A stretch of 64,000 bases of DNA from Batkoa obscura (Eukaryota), in the NCBI GenBank assembly GCA_030770535.1, contig JASVEC010000029.1:496001-560000 (forward strand), read 5' to 3'. A program made the translations under genes and the position numbers. The notes under the pieces were generated by a model, which was not told the origin of the DNA, made no database searches, and was given only the letters and a program-made list of their open reading frames with translations. Below are positions 24,554 to 38,178 of the stretch, one piece after another (within the stretch, counting starts at the first letter, position 1; the number at the start of each line of letters is the position of its first letter).

Positions 24554-24934
24554 GTTTGTTTCTATATATATTAGTTTACAGTTTAAATATATAAAAGTAT
24601 TTTTAACTCTGGCCATTAATGAACAAACTCACCACACTCCAAACGCTTGCTTCTGATCCTAATACCTCATAACGATATCACACTTCACTTAAACCCCTAG
24701 AGTAAGGCTGACTCGGAGGAATCAAGTGCATAAATACATTCATTTAACTCTTTTTTTCTAATGTTGTAGCATATAATTTATATTAAGCCATTTGGTTAAT
24801 CATTAGCCGTTTTTTAATCAAATTCACATTATTATCAATAATAACAGTTTTTTTATAACTTGCATATTAAATAAAAATAAAAATAAAATGATATTTAATT
24901 AGTGGTGTATTTATTAATTTATAAAAACATTCTT

Positions 24935-27328
24935 TTAAGCTTTAAAAACACGACTAAAGAATCTTTCCAACTTAAGATAAAGGGAGCGCTTGTTTGACTT
25001 TGATTCATAATAATGGTTATCATCAATAACAGGAGTAAAATCATAAGAAGTAATATAATTAGCAGCAAAATTATTAATAATATACACAGAGTTAGATTGA
25101 TGAACATTATCATCTCTTGTACCATGAGTTAAAAACAATTCTGCCTTCTTGAAGTTTTCAAAATTATTGACAGCAGATTTGTTATATCCTTTAGCATTCA
25201 CTTGTGGAGTAAACATATATCTTTCTGTATATAAAGAATCATAGAACTTCCAATCAGATACTGGTGAGAAAGAAGCACCAAAACTAAAGACAAGGTCCTT
25301 AGGTTGAAGTTCAAGTGTACGTAAAGTCATATATCCACCATACGATTTACCCCAAACACCTATTTTTGATGGATTAACATAAGGTAATTTAGCCCATTGT
25401 TGACCAGCTGAAATCACATCATCAGCTTCATATTCACCTAAATGTTCACGTACTGAGACCATAAATTTTCTACCTTTACGACCAGTACCTCGTCCATCTA
25501 CTGTTACTACAATGGTATCATTACGACTACCTACTAACCAACGTTGTAAATTAAAATTAAAACTACGTGTGACTTGTTGGCTGTTTGGTCCACCATAAAT
25601 ATAAAATACAACATTATATTTTTTAGAAGGATCAAAATCATATGGTCGGATTTCAAAGGCATTGATAGAGTTACCATTGACATTGACTTTAGAATATACT
25701 GTGGTGGGATAATTATATTCCTCAACTAAAGTAGCGAGTTTGGTATTATTAGTAAGTAAAAGAGAATCATTTAATTTTCCTTGTTTTGTTAATCTAGACC
25801 ATGGGATAGATGGACCATTATAATTTATAACAACAAAACCACCTAAAGCTGAAGAGGACATTGAATAAGTACCCGATTTTTGAGAATCACCAGTAAATTG
25901 ATCTTTAGTTAAATGAACTTTGTTACTTCCATCAAGTTTAATAGAATAAATATCTTCCACAGTAGAATCTGTTTCAGCACTTGAATAATAAATAATACCA
26001 GATTTGACATCTAAACCATTGATAGAAACGACATCAAAATTACCTTTAGTTAAAATTCTTTTTGGTTTGGAAGCAGTAATTGGAGAGAATAAAGCAAGAT
26101 GAGTAAAACCATCCACAATAACAAAATCAATATAAGCGGATTCATTAATACCGAATTCATATAATTTTGGCAATAAATAAAGGGGTCTATTTTCATACCA
26201 TCCTTTATCATCTAAGCTTGGATTATTTACATCTTGACCTGCTTTTTCTTGACGTACAATAGTTGGGTTAGAATAATTACGGCTAGTTGCTACACTAGTA
26301 TATACTCTATCTTGAAATCTATTAGTAAATCGAATAATAAGCCCATCGTTATAAGAAGATTTTGAAAATTGTAAATCAGTAACCACGGGATCAATTTCAT
26401 TAACTGAATTATAATTGATTTGATGTACTTTAGCTTTACCAGTAATTAACTCAGCAACATTAATTTTAACTTGAGTGATGTTAAAACCTGGTTTTGGATA
26501 ACGTTGTTCATAAACACTTGAATACGGTTTAGAAGTTAATGAAAATTGAGCATTATTTTTTCTAGTAGTAAATGTTTCTAAACCTTGAACCTCAACATTG
26601 GAACTATCAAAAGTTAAATAAGCTAATGTTGTACCACTTTGATCCCAAACAATAGCTTCTTTATTAGGCCATATTTCTTCTTCATAAACCCAATCGGGGA
26701 TTCCATTTTGTAAGGTATCCTTTCCATCTTTAGTGACTTGAATTAAATTAGTAAAAGACTCAATAATTGCATAAATATTATTATCTTGAACAAATGCTAA
26801 ATTATGTCCTTTTGGTGACCATACTAAGGTTTGTAATATATTATCTTGTTTATTATATTGTCCCCAATTACGATAATGACGATTAATTAATCTACCTAAT
26901 CTATTAGGATCTTGTAAATCAAAGATATAATAAGATGCAAAACTAGATTTAGACCATAATTTAGTAGAGTTTACTGTTAATGCAATATATTGTAAATCAG
27001 GAGAAAGAGAATAATCATCATATACTATAGGTTGCTTATTTTCATCAATAAATTTAGTAGTATCAATTAATACTTTAACTTGTTTATTACCAGTAAGATC
27101 GATGGATTTTAAAATGATTTTATTGTCCTCTTCTTCAACATAATAACCATCACGTTCACTCTCATGAGTTACCCAATTGTAGTTAAAAGATTGTTTGGAA
27201 AAAGTAGATTTTAAAAAGTTATCGATGGTAATTTGTTTCTTTTGTAAGTTTTCGGTAGTAGTGACATTTTGACTAGTTACGCCATAGAGAAATAATGTAA
27301 AATAAGAAATTAAATGATAGCTCTTCAT
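24935..27328 (-). CDS. Secreted dipeptidyl peptidase IV-like serine protease (S9B), intronless
   Basis: Signal peptide, DWVYEEE double-Glu motif, YPKPG, YGGPNSQ, DGRGTG, nucleophile elbow GKSYGG, YDSLYTERYM, HGTRDDNVH (Asp) and DDNHY (His). Confidence 0.95.
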   Translation of the reverse strand: MKSYHLISYFTLFLYGVTSQNVTTTENLQKKQITIDNFLKSTFSKQSFNYNWVTHESERDGYYVEEEDNKIILKSIDLTGNKQVKVLIDTTKFIDENKQPIVYDDYSLSPDLQYIALTVNSTKLWSKSSFASYYIFDLQDPNRLGRLINRHYRNWGQYNKQDNILQTLVWSPKGHNLAFVQDNNIYAIIESFTNLIQVTKDGKDTLQNGIPDWVYEEEIWPNKEAIVWDQSGTTLAYLTFDSSNVEVQGLETFTTRKNNAQFSLTSKPYSSVYEQRYPKPGFNITQVKINVAELITGKAKVHQINYNSVNEIDPVVTDLQFSKSSYNDGLIIRFTNRFQDRVYTSVATSRNYSNPTIVRQEKAGQDVNNPSLDDKGWYENRPLYLLPKLYEFGINESAYIDFVIVDGFTHLALFSPITASKPKRILTKGNFDVVSINGLDVKSGIIYYSSAETDSTVEDIYSIKLDGSNKVHLTKDQFTGDSQKSGTYSMSSSALGGFVVINYNGPSIPWSRLTKQGKLNDSLLLTNNTKLATLVEEYNYPTTVYSKVNVNGNSINAFEIRPYDFDPSKKYNVVFYIYGGPNSQQVTRSFNFNLQRWLVGSRNDTIVVTVDGRGTGRKGRKFMVSVREHLGEYEADDVISAGQQWAKLPYVNPSKIGVWGKSYGGYMTLRTLELQPKDLVFSFGASFSPVSDWKFYDSLYTERYMFTPQVNAKGYNKSAVNNFENFKKAELFLTHGTRDDNVHQSNSVYIINNFAANYITSYDFTPVIDDNHYYESKSNKRSLYLKLERFFSRVFKA

Positions 27329-28309
27329 GACTGAAATCTTTGACTTGAAGATAAAATAAAATAATATTCGTTTTAATTCATTTATATACTTTATTTTTTT
27401 GAATATTTTTAAAAGTGATATTAAGCTATTTGAATATTCATTTCAAATGACTTGATCATAAGGTTTGAAAGCCATTAAGTAAAACCAATCAACTCAATAG
27501 TTTGATGAAATTATAAAGGAATTAAGATTTATTTTATCATTGTTGAGATTTTTATAACAAATATTAAGGATGATTGGAGATAATACTAAATTATTAAGTT
27601 AGTTCTTAAAATTACTAGTTCAAAAATACATCTCATGATAGATCTTAAAGAATAGAAAAGTGTTTAAAACTATAGCGAGAATTAGTTTATTTTGTAGTTG
27701 AAACATCTATAGCTTCGATAGTTGTAGCTTAACTAGGTCAATTATTTGGGAATGATAGAATTAATACAAGATAGTTGTAGTAAAACAGGATCTATAATTA
27801 TAAGGGAGCATAATTTCGCTTTCATATGAAAATTAATAGTTTAGTTTACTAATAATTTAATAATATCACGTAAATATTCAACCGTAAATTGTTGCATTTT
27901 AGATTAAAAAATAAAATTTATGTTTCATTTCATATTTGTAAATGTTCATTTTTGTTTAATAATGTTCTTAAATTTTAAATTGAATAAAAGTGAACAAAAA
28001 TATTGAAATATAAATAAACTATTTTTATAATAAATAAATTTATTAATTTAAAGTTTATTAGAAAAATATTGACTTTCAATTGTTGTCTTTAAACTATTCT
28101 CATTCTGCTATATAAACAAGCTTTATTAACTTTATGATTGATTTGCTTTAAAAAATATATATTTTAATACTTTTTAAAAATTTTCGATATCAAAAATAAA
28201 TAACATAAAACCTAAATCAAAGCCACTAATTTAATTTAATATCTAATTTCAAAAACTTAATAAAAAAAACTGTTTTAATGTGCCACTTTTAATACTACTA
28301 ATACATTTC

Positions 28310-28438
28310 AAATGTGAACTCTCTCACGTAATTTAACAATTTCACAAATTAAATGTTGTCATATAATTATAAACATACTAATTGTATAAAAGCATTTGAT
28401 TTGTAAAGTTGTTAGATTATGTGAGAGAATTCACATTT
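28310..28438. repeat. Long foldback inverted repeat (arms about 60 bp, loop about 9 nt)
   Basis: Left arm aaatgtgaactctctcacgtaatttaacaatttcacaaattaaatg matches the reverse complement of the right arm, aaatgtgaattctctcacataatctaacaactttacaaatcaaatg. Confidence 0.85.
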
Positions 28439-29206
28439 AGATTACTTTCATAGTAATTAATTTAAAAATAAATTTAAATTTATCTTTTTTTTTGATTTCC
28501 AGTATGTAGTAATAGTATTAGTAGTTTATTACTACAGCCTCTTGTTAATTTATTTAAAAGAGAGTGGTACTGAATGTTAGTCTTAGTTAAGTTAAATACT
28601 ATAATAAAATATTGTTTCTTGGGATATAGATTAATAACTTTCGCTTTGATTTAATGAAAATTAATATATCAGGCTCAATAGGGAAGGAGATATTTGATTA
28701 TCGGTTTAATAACAAGTTTATTGAATAAATTTTTAATAAATTATTATATAAATTATTCTATTATTTAATTTATTATTATTATTTTGAATAATAAAATTCA
28801 TTGAAATAATACCAGTTTTTATTTAAAATAACAACACTTCTAAAATCTACTATTAATTATCACACTCCCTTTTGATTAAATTAAAAAATTGGCCAAAAAT
28901 TAGCTTTTATTAATTAAACCAATCAACTCCCCTTAACTATTAAGTAGTTGTAGGAACTTTTAAATAAAATCACAATTTGACAATCAAAAAATAATAAGAA
29001 TTCAAATTCAATTTTTATGATTTATTGAAATTTAATTTTATAAAAAGAAGAAAAGAGAAGAAAAGAAGAAAAGAGGAGGAATAGTTGGATTTTTTTAAAA
29101 GGAGAAATTTATATCAAACAGATCAAAAAAAGCATAAGTTAACAAAACACTACTCAAAAGCATAAATTAATAATCAATAATCATCAATCATATTTAAACT
29201 TCAAGT

Positions 29207-32200
29207 ATGTCAAACAACATCAAAGTAGTATGTCGATTTCGACCACAAAACTCAATTGAATTATCTGCAAATGGAAAAGTAATAACTAGTTTTGAAAATG
29301 AAGCAGATACAGTATCATTAGGAGTAATTTATAAATTTAAAAAAAAAGAACTAAAACTAATAAAGTTTTTTTTTATAACAGATAGATAAAGAATTAAATG
29401 AATCAAATACATTTACATTTGATAAATTATTTGGTCCTGATTCAACTCAATCTGAAGTTTTTGAATATTCTATTAAATCAACAGTAGATGGTAAATAATT
29501 TAAATAATCATAATTAAATTAACTTGATAAGCTAATATATTTTCTTTTTTTAAATTCAGACGTATTAAAAGGTTATAATGGTACAGTGTTTGCTTATGGA
29601 CAAACAGGATCTGGTAAAACATTTACAATGATGGTAAGTTAATTTCAATTATTAAGTATCAAAATAAGTAAATTTAAAAAATTAAACATTACTTTTCAGG
29701 GTGCTAATACTGGTCAAGAAGAGTTAAAGGGGATCATCCCAAGAATAGTTGAAAGTATCTTTACACATATAATTGATTCACCTGATTCATTAGAATATAC
29801 AGTTAATGTATCTTATATGGAAATTTATATGGAAAAAATTAGAGATTTATTAAATCGTAAGTTTTATTATATAATAACTATTTTTTATTTCATATTGATA
29901 TTGATATTGATACTGATAAATATTTTAAATTATTTTAGCTCAAAATGATAATCTCCCAATTCACGAAGAAAAAAATCGAGGTGTTTATGTTAAAGGTTTA
30001 ATGGAAGTTTATGTTAGTTCAATTGATGAAGTTTATGAAGTTATGAGTAAAGGTATTAAATCAAGAGCAGTAGCACATACAAGTAAATTGATTTTAAATA
30101 TTATTTTGTTGAATATTAATTTTAATTTGATTAGATATGAATGCCGAAAGTTCTAGAAGTCATTCAATATTTGTAATTACAATCAATCAAAAAAATCTAT
30201 TGGATGGTGGTAGTGTTAAAAGAGGAAGATTATATTTAGTAGATTTAGCTGGTTCTGAAAAAGTAAATGATTAATAATTAATAAGAATAATATTAAATAA
30301 ATAAACTTTATTCTTTTATTAATAGGTTGGAAAAACAGGAGCTTCTGGACAAACTTTAGAAGAAGCTAAAAAAATTAATAAATCTTTATCTTCTTTAGGT
30401 ATGGTTATTAATGCCTTAACAGATGGAAAATCCTCCCATGTACCTTATAGAGATTCTAAATTAACTAGAATATTACAAGAATCTTTAGGTGGTAATTCAA
30501 GAACTACTTTAATTATTAATTGTTCTCCTTCTTCTTTTAATGGAGCTGAAACATTAAGTACTTTAAGGTTTGGAATGAGGTAAATTTTTAAGATTTTATA
30601 ATTTAATTAAAAGTTAATTTTAAAATTTTACTTTTTTACTTTTAGAGCTAAGAAGATTAAAAATAAAGCTAAAATTAATCAAGATCTTAGTCCAGCTGAA
30701 CTTAAAGCATTGCTTAAAAAAGCCAATACTCAAATTATTACTTTTCAACAATATATTAAATTATTAGAAGAGGAACTTAATATTTGGAGAAATGGTAAAT
30801 TAAAATTATTAAATATTTATATCTAATAAATTAAATTAATAAAAACTTTAATAAGGTGGTAATGTAACGAAAGAAAATTTTGCAACAGCAGATAAATTAA
30901 ATTTAACTATATCCAGACCAAGTACAACACATTCACGATCAAAATCCTATGATATTATGAATGGCCCATTATCAGATACACCTAATGGTTCAGGTACATC
31001 AACACCTAGTTTAATATCTCCTTCAAATGTTACTCAAGTTGTTCAACCTAATTGGACAATACCATCTCCATTAGCAGAAGAAGAAAAGGAAATGTATTTA
31101 CAAAGAGAAAATCAATTAATGGATTCTTTAGCTGAAAAAGTAAGTTAAATAAATTATAAAGTAATTTGAGTTTTAATTAATATAATAATAATTATAATTA
31201 TTAGGAAGATGAAATAGCTGAATTACATCAAGCAATGGAAAAGTATGAAAAAGAAATTGAACAATTTGAAATGGAAAAAATGAAACAAATGGAACAAGAA
31301 AATCAAATTATGAAATTAGAAATTAATCAAATGAAATTAGAAAATGACACAATGAAATATGAAAATGAAGAAATGAAAATTAATTATGATAGTATATTAG
31401 AAAAATGTCAAAGTTTAGAAAGAAATTTAAAAGAAAGTTTAAAAAGAGTAGAAGAATTAGAAAATATTAATGAATCAAGTGGAGATAAAAGAAAGGAAAG
31501 GATGCATAATAAAAGAGTGGAAAAAATTGTTAAAATGATGACAACATCAAAATCAGTTATTGCTGCAGGTAATCATGAAAAAGAAATTCGAAATACTTTA
31601 GATGATTTAGAGAGATTAAAAGAAAATCAACCTATTTCTAATAAAGATATAATTAAATTACGTAATCAAATGGATGAATTACAAACTCAAGTTGAAGAAA
31701 AAGATTTATCAATTAAAAATTTAATTATAGATCAACAAATGCTGAAAGAAAAGAATAGTTTATTAAATGAAAAATATAATAATGTCAATAAAGAATATGA
31801 ACAATTATTAACTAAATCTCATTTTAAAGATCATGTTTCATTTGAAGAAATAAAAAATAAATTAGAAGATCAATATGATTTAAAAACACAAACATTAAAA
31901 GAAGAAATTGAACATCAAAAACAACGATTTGATATCAAAGAAAAAGAATGTTTAGAATTAATGGAAAGCAGTAAATCAATAACAAAAGAAAATAGTCAAT
32001 TAAAGAATCAAATTGAATATTATATTAAATTAGATCCAACAGGAACAAATGTTATGGTAATGGAATTAAAAGAAAAAATGGCTTTACAATTAAATGAATT
32101 TGAAAAACACAAAGAAATGTTAGCTAAAGAATTAGATGCTCGATGTAATAAAGTAGCGGAATTAGAAGAAATTTTAAATGATAGTCAAAAAGAATATCAA

Positions 32201-32649
32201 CAAAGTATTAAAGAAAGGAAGAAAGCAGCTATTAATAAAAAGAGATTGAATACTATTGATAATTTTGTACAAAAATTAAGTCATGTACATCATACAGTAA
32301 GTTTAATATAATAAATGTATTATGATTGTATTATTAATATTTTTATTATTAGTTAGTAGAACAAAATCATATGTTAAAAAAAGAAAGTTCTAATTTAGAA
32401 AGAAAACTTAATACTCGAAGTGAACGTATAATATGTTTAGAAAAATTATTAGAAGAATCAACTAATAAATTGAAATTACAAGCCGAAAAATTTGAGTTAC
32501 AATTTAAAATGATAAATGAAAAAAATAAAATTAAACCTAATTTTATTTATCCTAAAGGACAAGTAAATAATGGACAAAAATTAAATAATCAACAACAAGG
32601 ATTTACAAGAATTGCTAAACCACTTAGAGGTGGAGGTAAAGTAAATTAA
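29207..32649 (+). CDS. Conventional kinesin-1 heavy chain; multi-exon
   Basis: [11 protein letters not shown]-loop [49 protein letters not shown], coiled-coil stalk and the fungal tail motif [10 protein letters not shown]. Confidence 0.96.
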
Positions 32650-32807
32650 ATTAAAATGAAGGTGCAATTGATAGTAATTCTTCTCTAATTTGGTTTAAAT
32701 GAATGTTTTTCTTATTGTTTTTATTCGTTGCATTTTTTTTAGGAGATTGAATTTAATTTAATAAATTTTTGTTTTTTAAAAATAGTTTAATATTAATATT
32801 ATTAATA

Positions 32808-33814
32808 TTATTTTGAAGAATATATCTGAGATGCAGTTATAACTTGATCTAATTGATAATCATACTCTTCCATAGGTATTTCATTACATATTTGTTCTTC
32901 TAAACATATACCAACTTAATAATAAATATAGTTAATAGTGAAAATTAATATTATTAATGTTATTATTTTAATTATTTTTAAATTAAGTTTACCTAATAAT
33001 GGTTTCTTATTAAATTTAGTCAAATGTTGTTGAATGAATTTATCATAATAACTATATAAATAAAGAGAGAAAGTTAATTTAATAGAATTAATAGAATTAA
33101 CTATCAATTTTTTTTACCCTTTTCCATAACCAATTCTATTACATTTGGTATCAAAACCAAGACCTATAAAATAATTAAAAATAATAAATAAAAACCTCCA
33201 ATCTAATTTTCAATATTATTTTATTGAACTTACCAGGTAGTAAAATGAGATCTAAGCCATTTTCAAGATTAAATACTAATTTTTAAAACAATTCATTAAA
33301 ATAAAACTTAATAAATGATTCATTACCATCCATTCCCTCTTCTCCATCTAAAGGTTCTGGTATATTCCAGTTATTTTTTGGTAAATCATTAAGTTCTTGA
33401 ATACTTTTAATCTCCACCATACGCATATCATCTCCTTTAGTTTTTGGTATAAAACATTGTTTATCTATTTAATTGAATATAAACTCAACTTAAATGAAAA
33501 AATACAAACAAAGATAAATTCTTACTTTGTAATAATATCTCTTTCACTAAATCTTCTGTTTTTAATTCTGAAAAGGGCATATTTAAATAAATGGATACCT
33601 TTTTTGAATTTTGAAACCAAGAAGAAGAAGTGATATGTTTTGTCACTTTAAGTGCTTTAAAAATCAGAGAGTACAAATTAGTGATCTTATTTTTTGTTTA
33701 ATAGAAATGTATAAATATTGGCTTACATTGTTTTTTTATATTTTCTTCAGTTACTTGTTTGAGTTGAAGTTTAATACTTTTTCTTAATTCTTTTTTAATT
33801 ACGTTGAGTGACAT
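32808..33814 (-). CDS. FAU1: 5-formyltetrahydrofolate cyclo-ligase (MTHFS); multi-exon
   Basis: Exons give KKELRKSIK, VSIYLNM..SELKT, CFIP, WNIPEP, GLDLILLPGLGFD..CNRIGYGK.YYD and IPMEEYDYQLD. Confidence 0.85.
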
Positions 33815-34032
33815 TATTAATTTAAACTAAATAAAAAAAATAAAAACTTCTAAAAAGAAAATACTTTAACTTAAAAAAAAATCGTGATCAAATCAATAAA
33901 AAACATTCACTTGAATCTCTATAATATAATTTTTATTCGTAATATTTTTTTTCTTTAAAGTTACTCTTCTCCACATATCTCAAAAAAATTTTCAATTCAT
34001 TTATCTATTATTTATATAATAAATGAACTCTT

Positions 34033-36251
34033 TTAAGCAGTAGGAAAACTATGTAAACGGAATAAAAGTGCTCTGCCACTTTGATTACCCACTGCAAAAT
34101 AACCCGAATTAGGTGAAAACGCTATTGATGTAGCATGAGAAATGGGGGTATTTAACATGGGCCAATTAGCGAAGGCTTTTTTACTATTAATATCAAACTA
34201 AAGAAATAAATAATAAATAATAAAATAAAAAAATAAAATAATCTTATATTAATTGTTAGAAATGTTAATAACTTACTAATTTCACTTGATCTCTTTTATC
34301 GGAAGAAGAAATAGCCAATATTTGAGACGAATGATTAAAAGTACAATTATCAATTTTAGTTACTAAATTTTTAATTTCTTTAATTGGTTTAGGATTATTA
34401 TTATTTAAATCTTTAGTTTCATATAAATTAACAATTCCAGTTTCTGAACTAAATAAAAATAAATAAATAAATTGAAAATTATTTATGTACAACTATTTAT
34501 AATAAAGAATTTGTAAAATTTAAATTGCTTACCCAATACATAAATAATTATTATCTGGACTCATTGACATAGATGAGGCTTTAAATCCAGCAAAATCTTG
34601 AAATTTATTAATACATCTTAACATCCTAATATCCCAACAATAAACATTTGAAGTACTTGATAATGTATATAATAAATTTTCATTTTTATCAAAACAAATT
34701 GATTTTGGTATTCCATCCGGTAAATTCATTGTTCCCATTAACATTTTAGTTTGACTATTAACTAAATGAATTCCTGAGTTTAATGTAGAAGCAAATGCTA
34801 TATAATTGGAATTGGGGGAGATAGTAGTAGTAATATCAAATCCACCTCGATATTTTTCATTTTTTAATCTACTACTATCAATACTCCCACTCTCTACATC
34901 AATTATATAAAATTGCGTGGTTTTACTAGAAACAATAATTTGTTGTCCTCCATTAATAAATTTAGCTGAAGTGTAATCTTTGATTGGTGGATTTATTTCT
35001 CTTATTAATGGATTGTTTTTACCATCTACCTATTTATTATAAAATTATTATAAATTATTATTTCTTTAACTAAACTTACTCTAAACAAACTAATTGGATT
35101 TTTATTACCCGCTAACATAACTACTTCCCCATTTTCATGAAATTCAGTAAATCTAATAGAACCCTAAAGTTAATTATTAACTTATCTTTATAACAAATAA
35201 TAGTTAAACTATAAATTACCTGAAGTTGTTTTGATTTAGTAATATCTGGACAACGTTCATATGGTAGTTTTTCAGGATCTAAACGTTTGATATTTAAACT
35301 GGTATCAATAACACCATTCACTTTTCTAAATGGTGCCATAATATCATCATCTAAAGTATCTAAAGTAGTAGCCCATGTAGGTTCATTATTTAATTTTTTA
35401 TGTCTATTTAAAAATAAATATCAATATTGATTAATAAAGCTTAAATTAAAACATTTACGTTTCTCTTAATTTTTCTTGCAATTTATCACCTGAAATTTGA
35501 ACATCATTTTCAGTAACTCGATATTTTTTTAATTTTACTTCTTTTGCAATAGCTATTACTTCTTGTTCATCATCTTCATCTACCCATGCTGCTTTTTCTA
35601 TTTATTATTTCAAGTTAACTTATTTCTTTACTTAATTTATATATTTTAATCTTACCTCCAACTTCTTCTTCTTCTTCACTTTCCTCACTTAATTCGCTAT
35701 CTTCCTCTTCTTCCTCACCTTCTCGTACTACACCAGTATCTAAATGAAATAACTGAAAAAATAATTTACATTAATCCTATGAATTAAATAACATAAAAAA
35801 ATACACTTACTTCTTTACCACTTTGATCAAACACAACTTCGGATTGTTTTCTATTTTCCAAATCCAATTGATTATTAGTAAAATCAAGGGTAGTTTTCAA
35901 CTCTTCATTATCTTTAACACCAAATACTAAAGCTTCAAGTTCTTCTTCATATTCGTCTTTTTCATATTCTTCTTCACTTTCGGAATGGGTATTTTTTCTT
36001 TTAAGACTTTTTGTCAAAGTTTCTACTTCAGAGCTTTCTTCTTCCTCAGTCTCTTCTTCTTCCTCGTCAGCCTCTTCTTCTTCAGCTTCAGAAATGTCTT
36101 CTTCTTCCATCTCTTCTCCACTCTTCTCCACTTCTTCTCTTTCATTTTTTACATCTCCTTGGTTTATCTCTACTTTATTATCATCTTCTAATTGTTTTGT
36201 ATTTAAAACTTCTTCATTCGATTTGAATTCACTGCTCTTTTTAGATACCAT
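34033..36251 (-). CDS. UTP18: U3 snoRNP/SSU processome WD40 protein Utp18; multi-exon
   Basis: Acidic N-terminus, EEELEALVFG, AAWVDEDDE, EPTWA, WD40 repeats, GIVNLY, FNHSSQILAISS and FANWP...TPI...FSPNSGYFAVGNQSGRALLFRL. Confidence 0.88.
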
Positions 36252-36786
36252 ATTTTCTATTTTTTTAAAAAAAATTCAGTTTGAATTTCTCGAGATTGAA
36301 ATTTCAAATGAATCTGGATTTGAAAAAGAAATTTGGGAAGGGAGATTGTATTTTGTTCAGTTTTTTAAGGCTTCAATTAAAAGAATTCTTTTTAAATGTT
36401 AAGAAAAATTATTATTTTAAAAAAGTTCGCAGTTTTTGGGAATTTGGAAAATTTTTAAGTGTAAGAAAGATCCGAAAATTAAGAGTGTGGGTCTTTATAT
36501 ATTGAGTTCTATTAATACTAAAAAATGGATGAGCTTATATAAATAATAATGATAAAGATAATATTAATAATGTCAATTAATTTACCCTCAACAACTTGTA
36601 TTATCTTTATAAATAGAAGCTTCAAAAATATTACTCACCTCAGTAACCCTAACAACCTAAAAATCCCTACCCCTTATTGGATAGAAAATGAACAAAATTG
36701 ACTAAAAAAGTTGACTAAAAAAAATTCCAAATTTTATCAATCCTACGAAAAAAACCAAAACAACTAATCAACAATTTAAAAGCAAG

Positions 36787-38178
36787 ATGAGCAACGTTTT
36801 ATTAGAATCCGATTGTCCTGATTTAGAACTATTAGCTCGTGGTAAAGTACGTGATGTTTATTCTGTTGATGAAAAGAGTTTATTATTTGTTGCCACAGAT
36901 AGATTATCCGCCTTTGATGTTGTTATGAAGAATGTAAGTAATTTAAAGTCAATAATCTTATATTTTGCCTCATAATACACCTAATCACCATGAAATATTC
37001 ATTCATATAAACTTACAAAAAACCTAAATACTAATCTCTCTTATTTTAATTCTTTAGGGTATCCCAAACAAAGGCAAAATCTTAACTCAGTTAAGTTTAT
37101 TTTGGTTCCATTTATTAAGTGAAGTCAATGGCCATCATTTAATTACTGCTAACTTTGAAGAGATGCCAGAAAGTGTTAAAAAATATAGAAATCAATTAGA
37201 AGGACGTTGTATGTTAGTTAAAAAATTGGAAATTTTACCAGTGGAAGCTATTGTCCGAGGGTATATTACTGGTAAGTTCAAGAGATAATATAATAAATAG
37301 AATACTATGTTAATGAAAATTGGATTTAGGTTCTGGTTGGAAAGAATATCAAAGTAAAGGTACTGTTTGTGATATTCAATTGCCTATTGGTTTGAAAGAA
37401 TCTCAAAAGTTAGAAAGACCATTATTTACTCCTTCTACTAAAGCTGAGATCGGTGGTCATGGTAAGTCTATTTGTTTTTTATTTATTGGAGGGACATTTA
37501 TTTATTATTTTATTATTATTCTAGATGAAAATATACATCCTAGAGAAGGTAAAGTTTTATCAAAAAATTAATTAAACTTGTATGTTTATATTGATATTTG
37601 TTATAGTGGCTAAATTAATTGGTGAAGAAAAAGCCAATTTAATGGAAAGTGTAGCTATTAAATTATATGAAAAGGTAAATATAAGAGAAAAATGATATTT
37701 TAATAAATCTATTTATTTATTAATTATTCATTAGGCTAGAGATTATGCACTATCAAAAGGTATTATTATTGCAGATACTAAATTCGAATTTGGTATTGAT
37801 CAGAATGGTCAATTTACTTTAGCTGATGAAGTATTAACTCCAGGTAATGTTAATATTTATTAAAATATATAATAATAGTAATAATTAAACAATAACAATT
37901 AAATAGATTCTTCCCGTTTTTGGCCAGTAGATAAATATGAAGCTGGACGGGGACAAGATAGGTAATTAATCACATTAAGTTTATTTAAATAATTTTTACT
38001 AATAATACTATTTTTTATTAGTTTTGATAAACAATATGTAAGGAATTATTTATTAGACAATGGCTTTAATAAAGATACATCCGATCCAGTAACTTTACCT
38101 GAAGACATTGTTCAAGCTACATTAAATAAATATATTGAAGCTTTCGTTTTAATTACTGGAGAACAACCTAAGCTTTAA
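36787..38178 (+). CDS. ADE1: SAICAR synthetase; multi-exon
   Basis: [70 protein letters not shown] and SFDKQYVR. Confidence 0.96.

Noticed and set aside
24686..24712. cttaaacccctagagtaaggc resembles the 5' end of U12 snRNA
   Set aside because: The match is short, the following AAAA and an Sm site are missing, and I noticed no U12-type introns. Treated as chance unless Rfam says otherwise.
24935..27328. DPP-IV as the processing enzyme for the Pro-rich spacers of the cluster
   Set aside because: DPP-IV removes N-terminal X-Pro dipeptides and cannot step through a 5-residue period. The gene is also more than 22 kb away.
32808..38178. FAU1 and ADE1 close together as a folate/purine gene cluster
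   Set aside because: Only two loosely related genes separated by UTP18; chance adjacency is sufficient.
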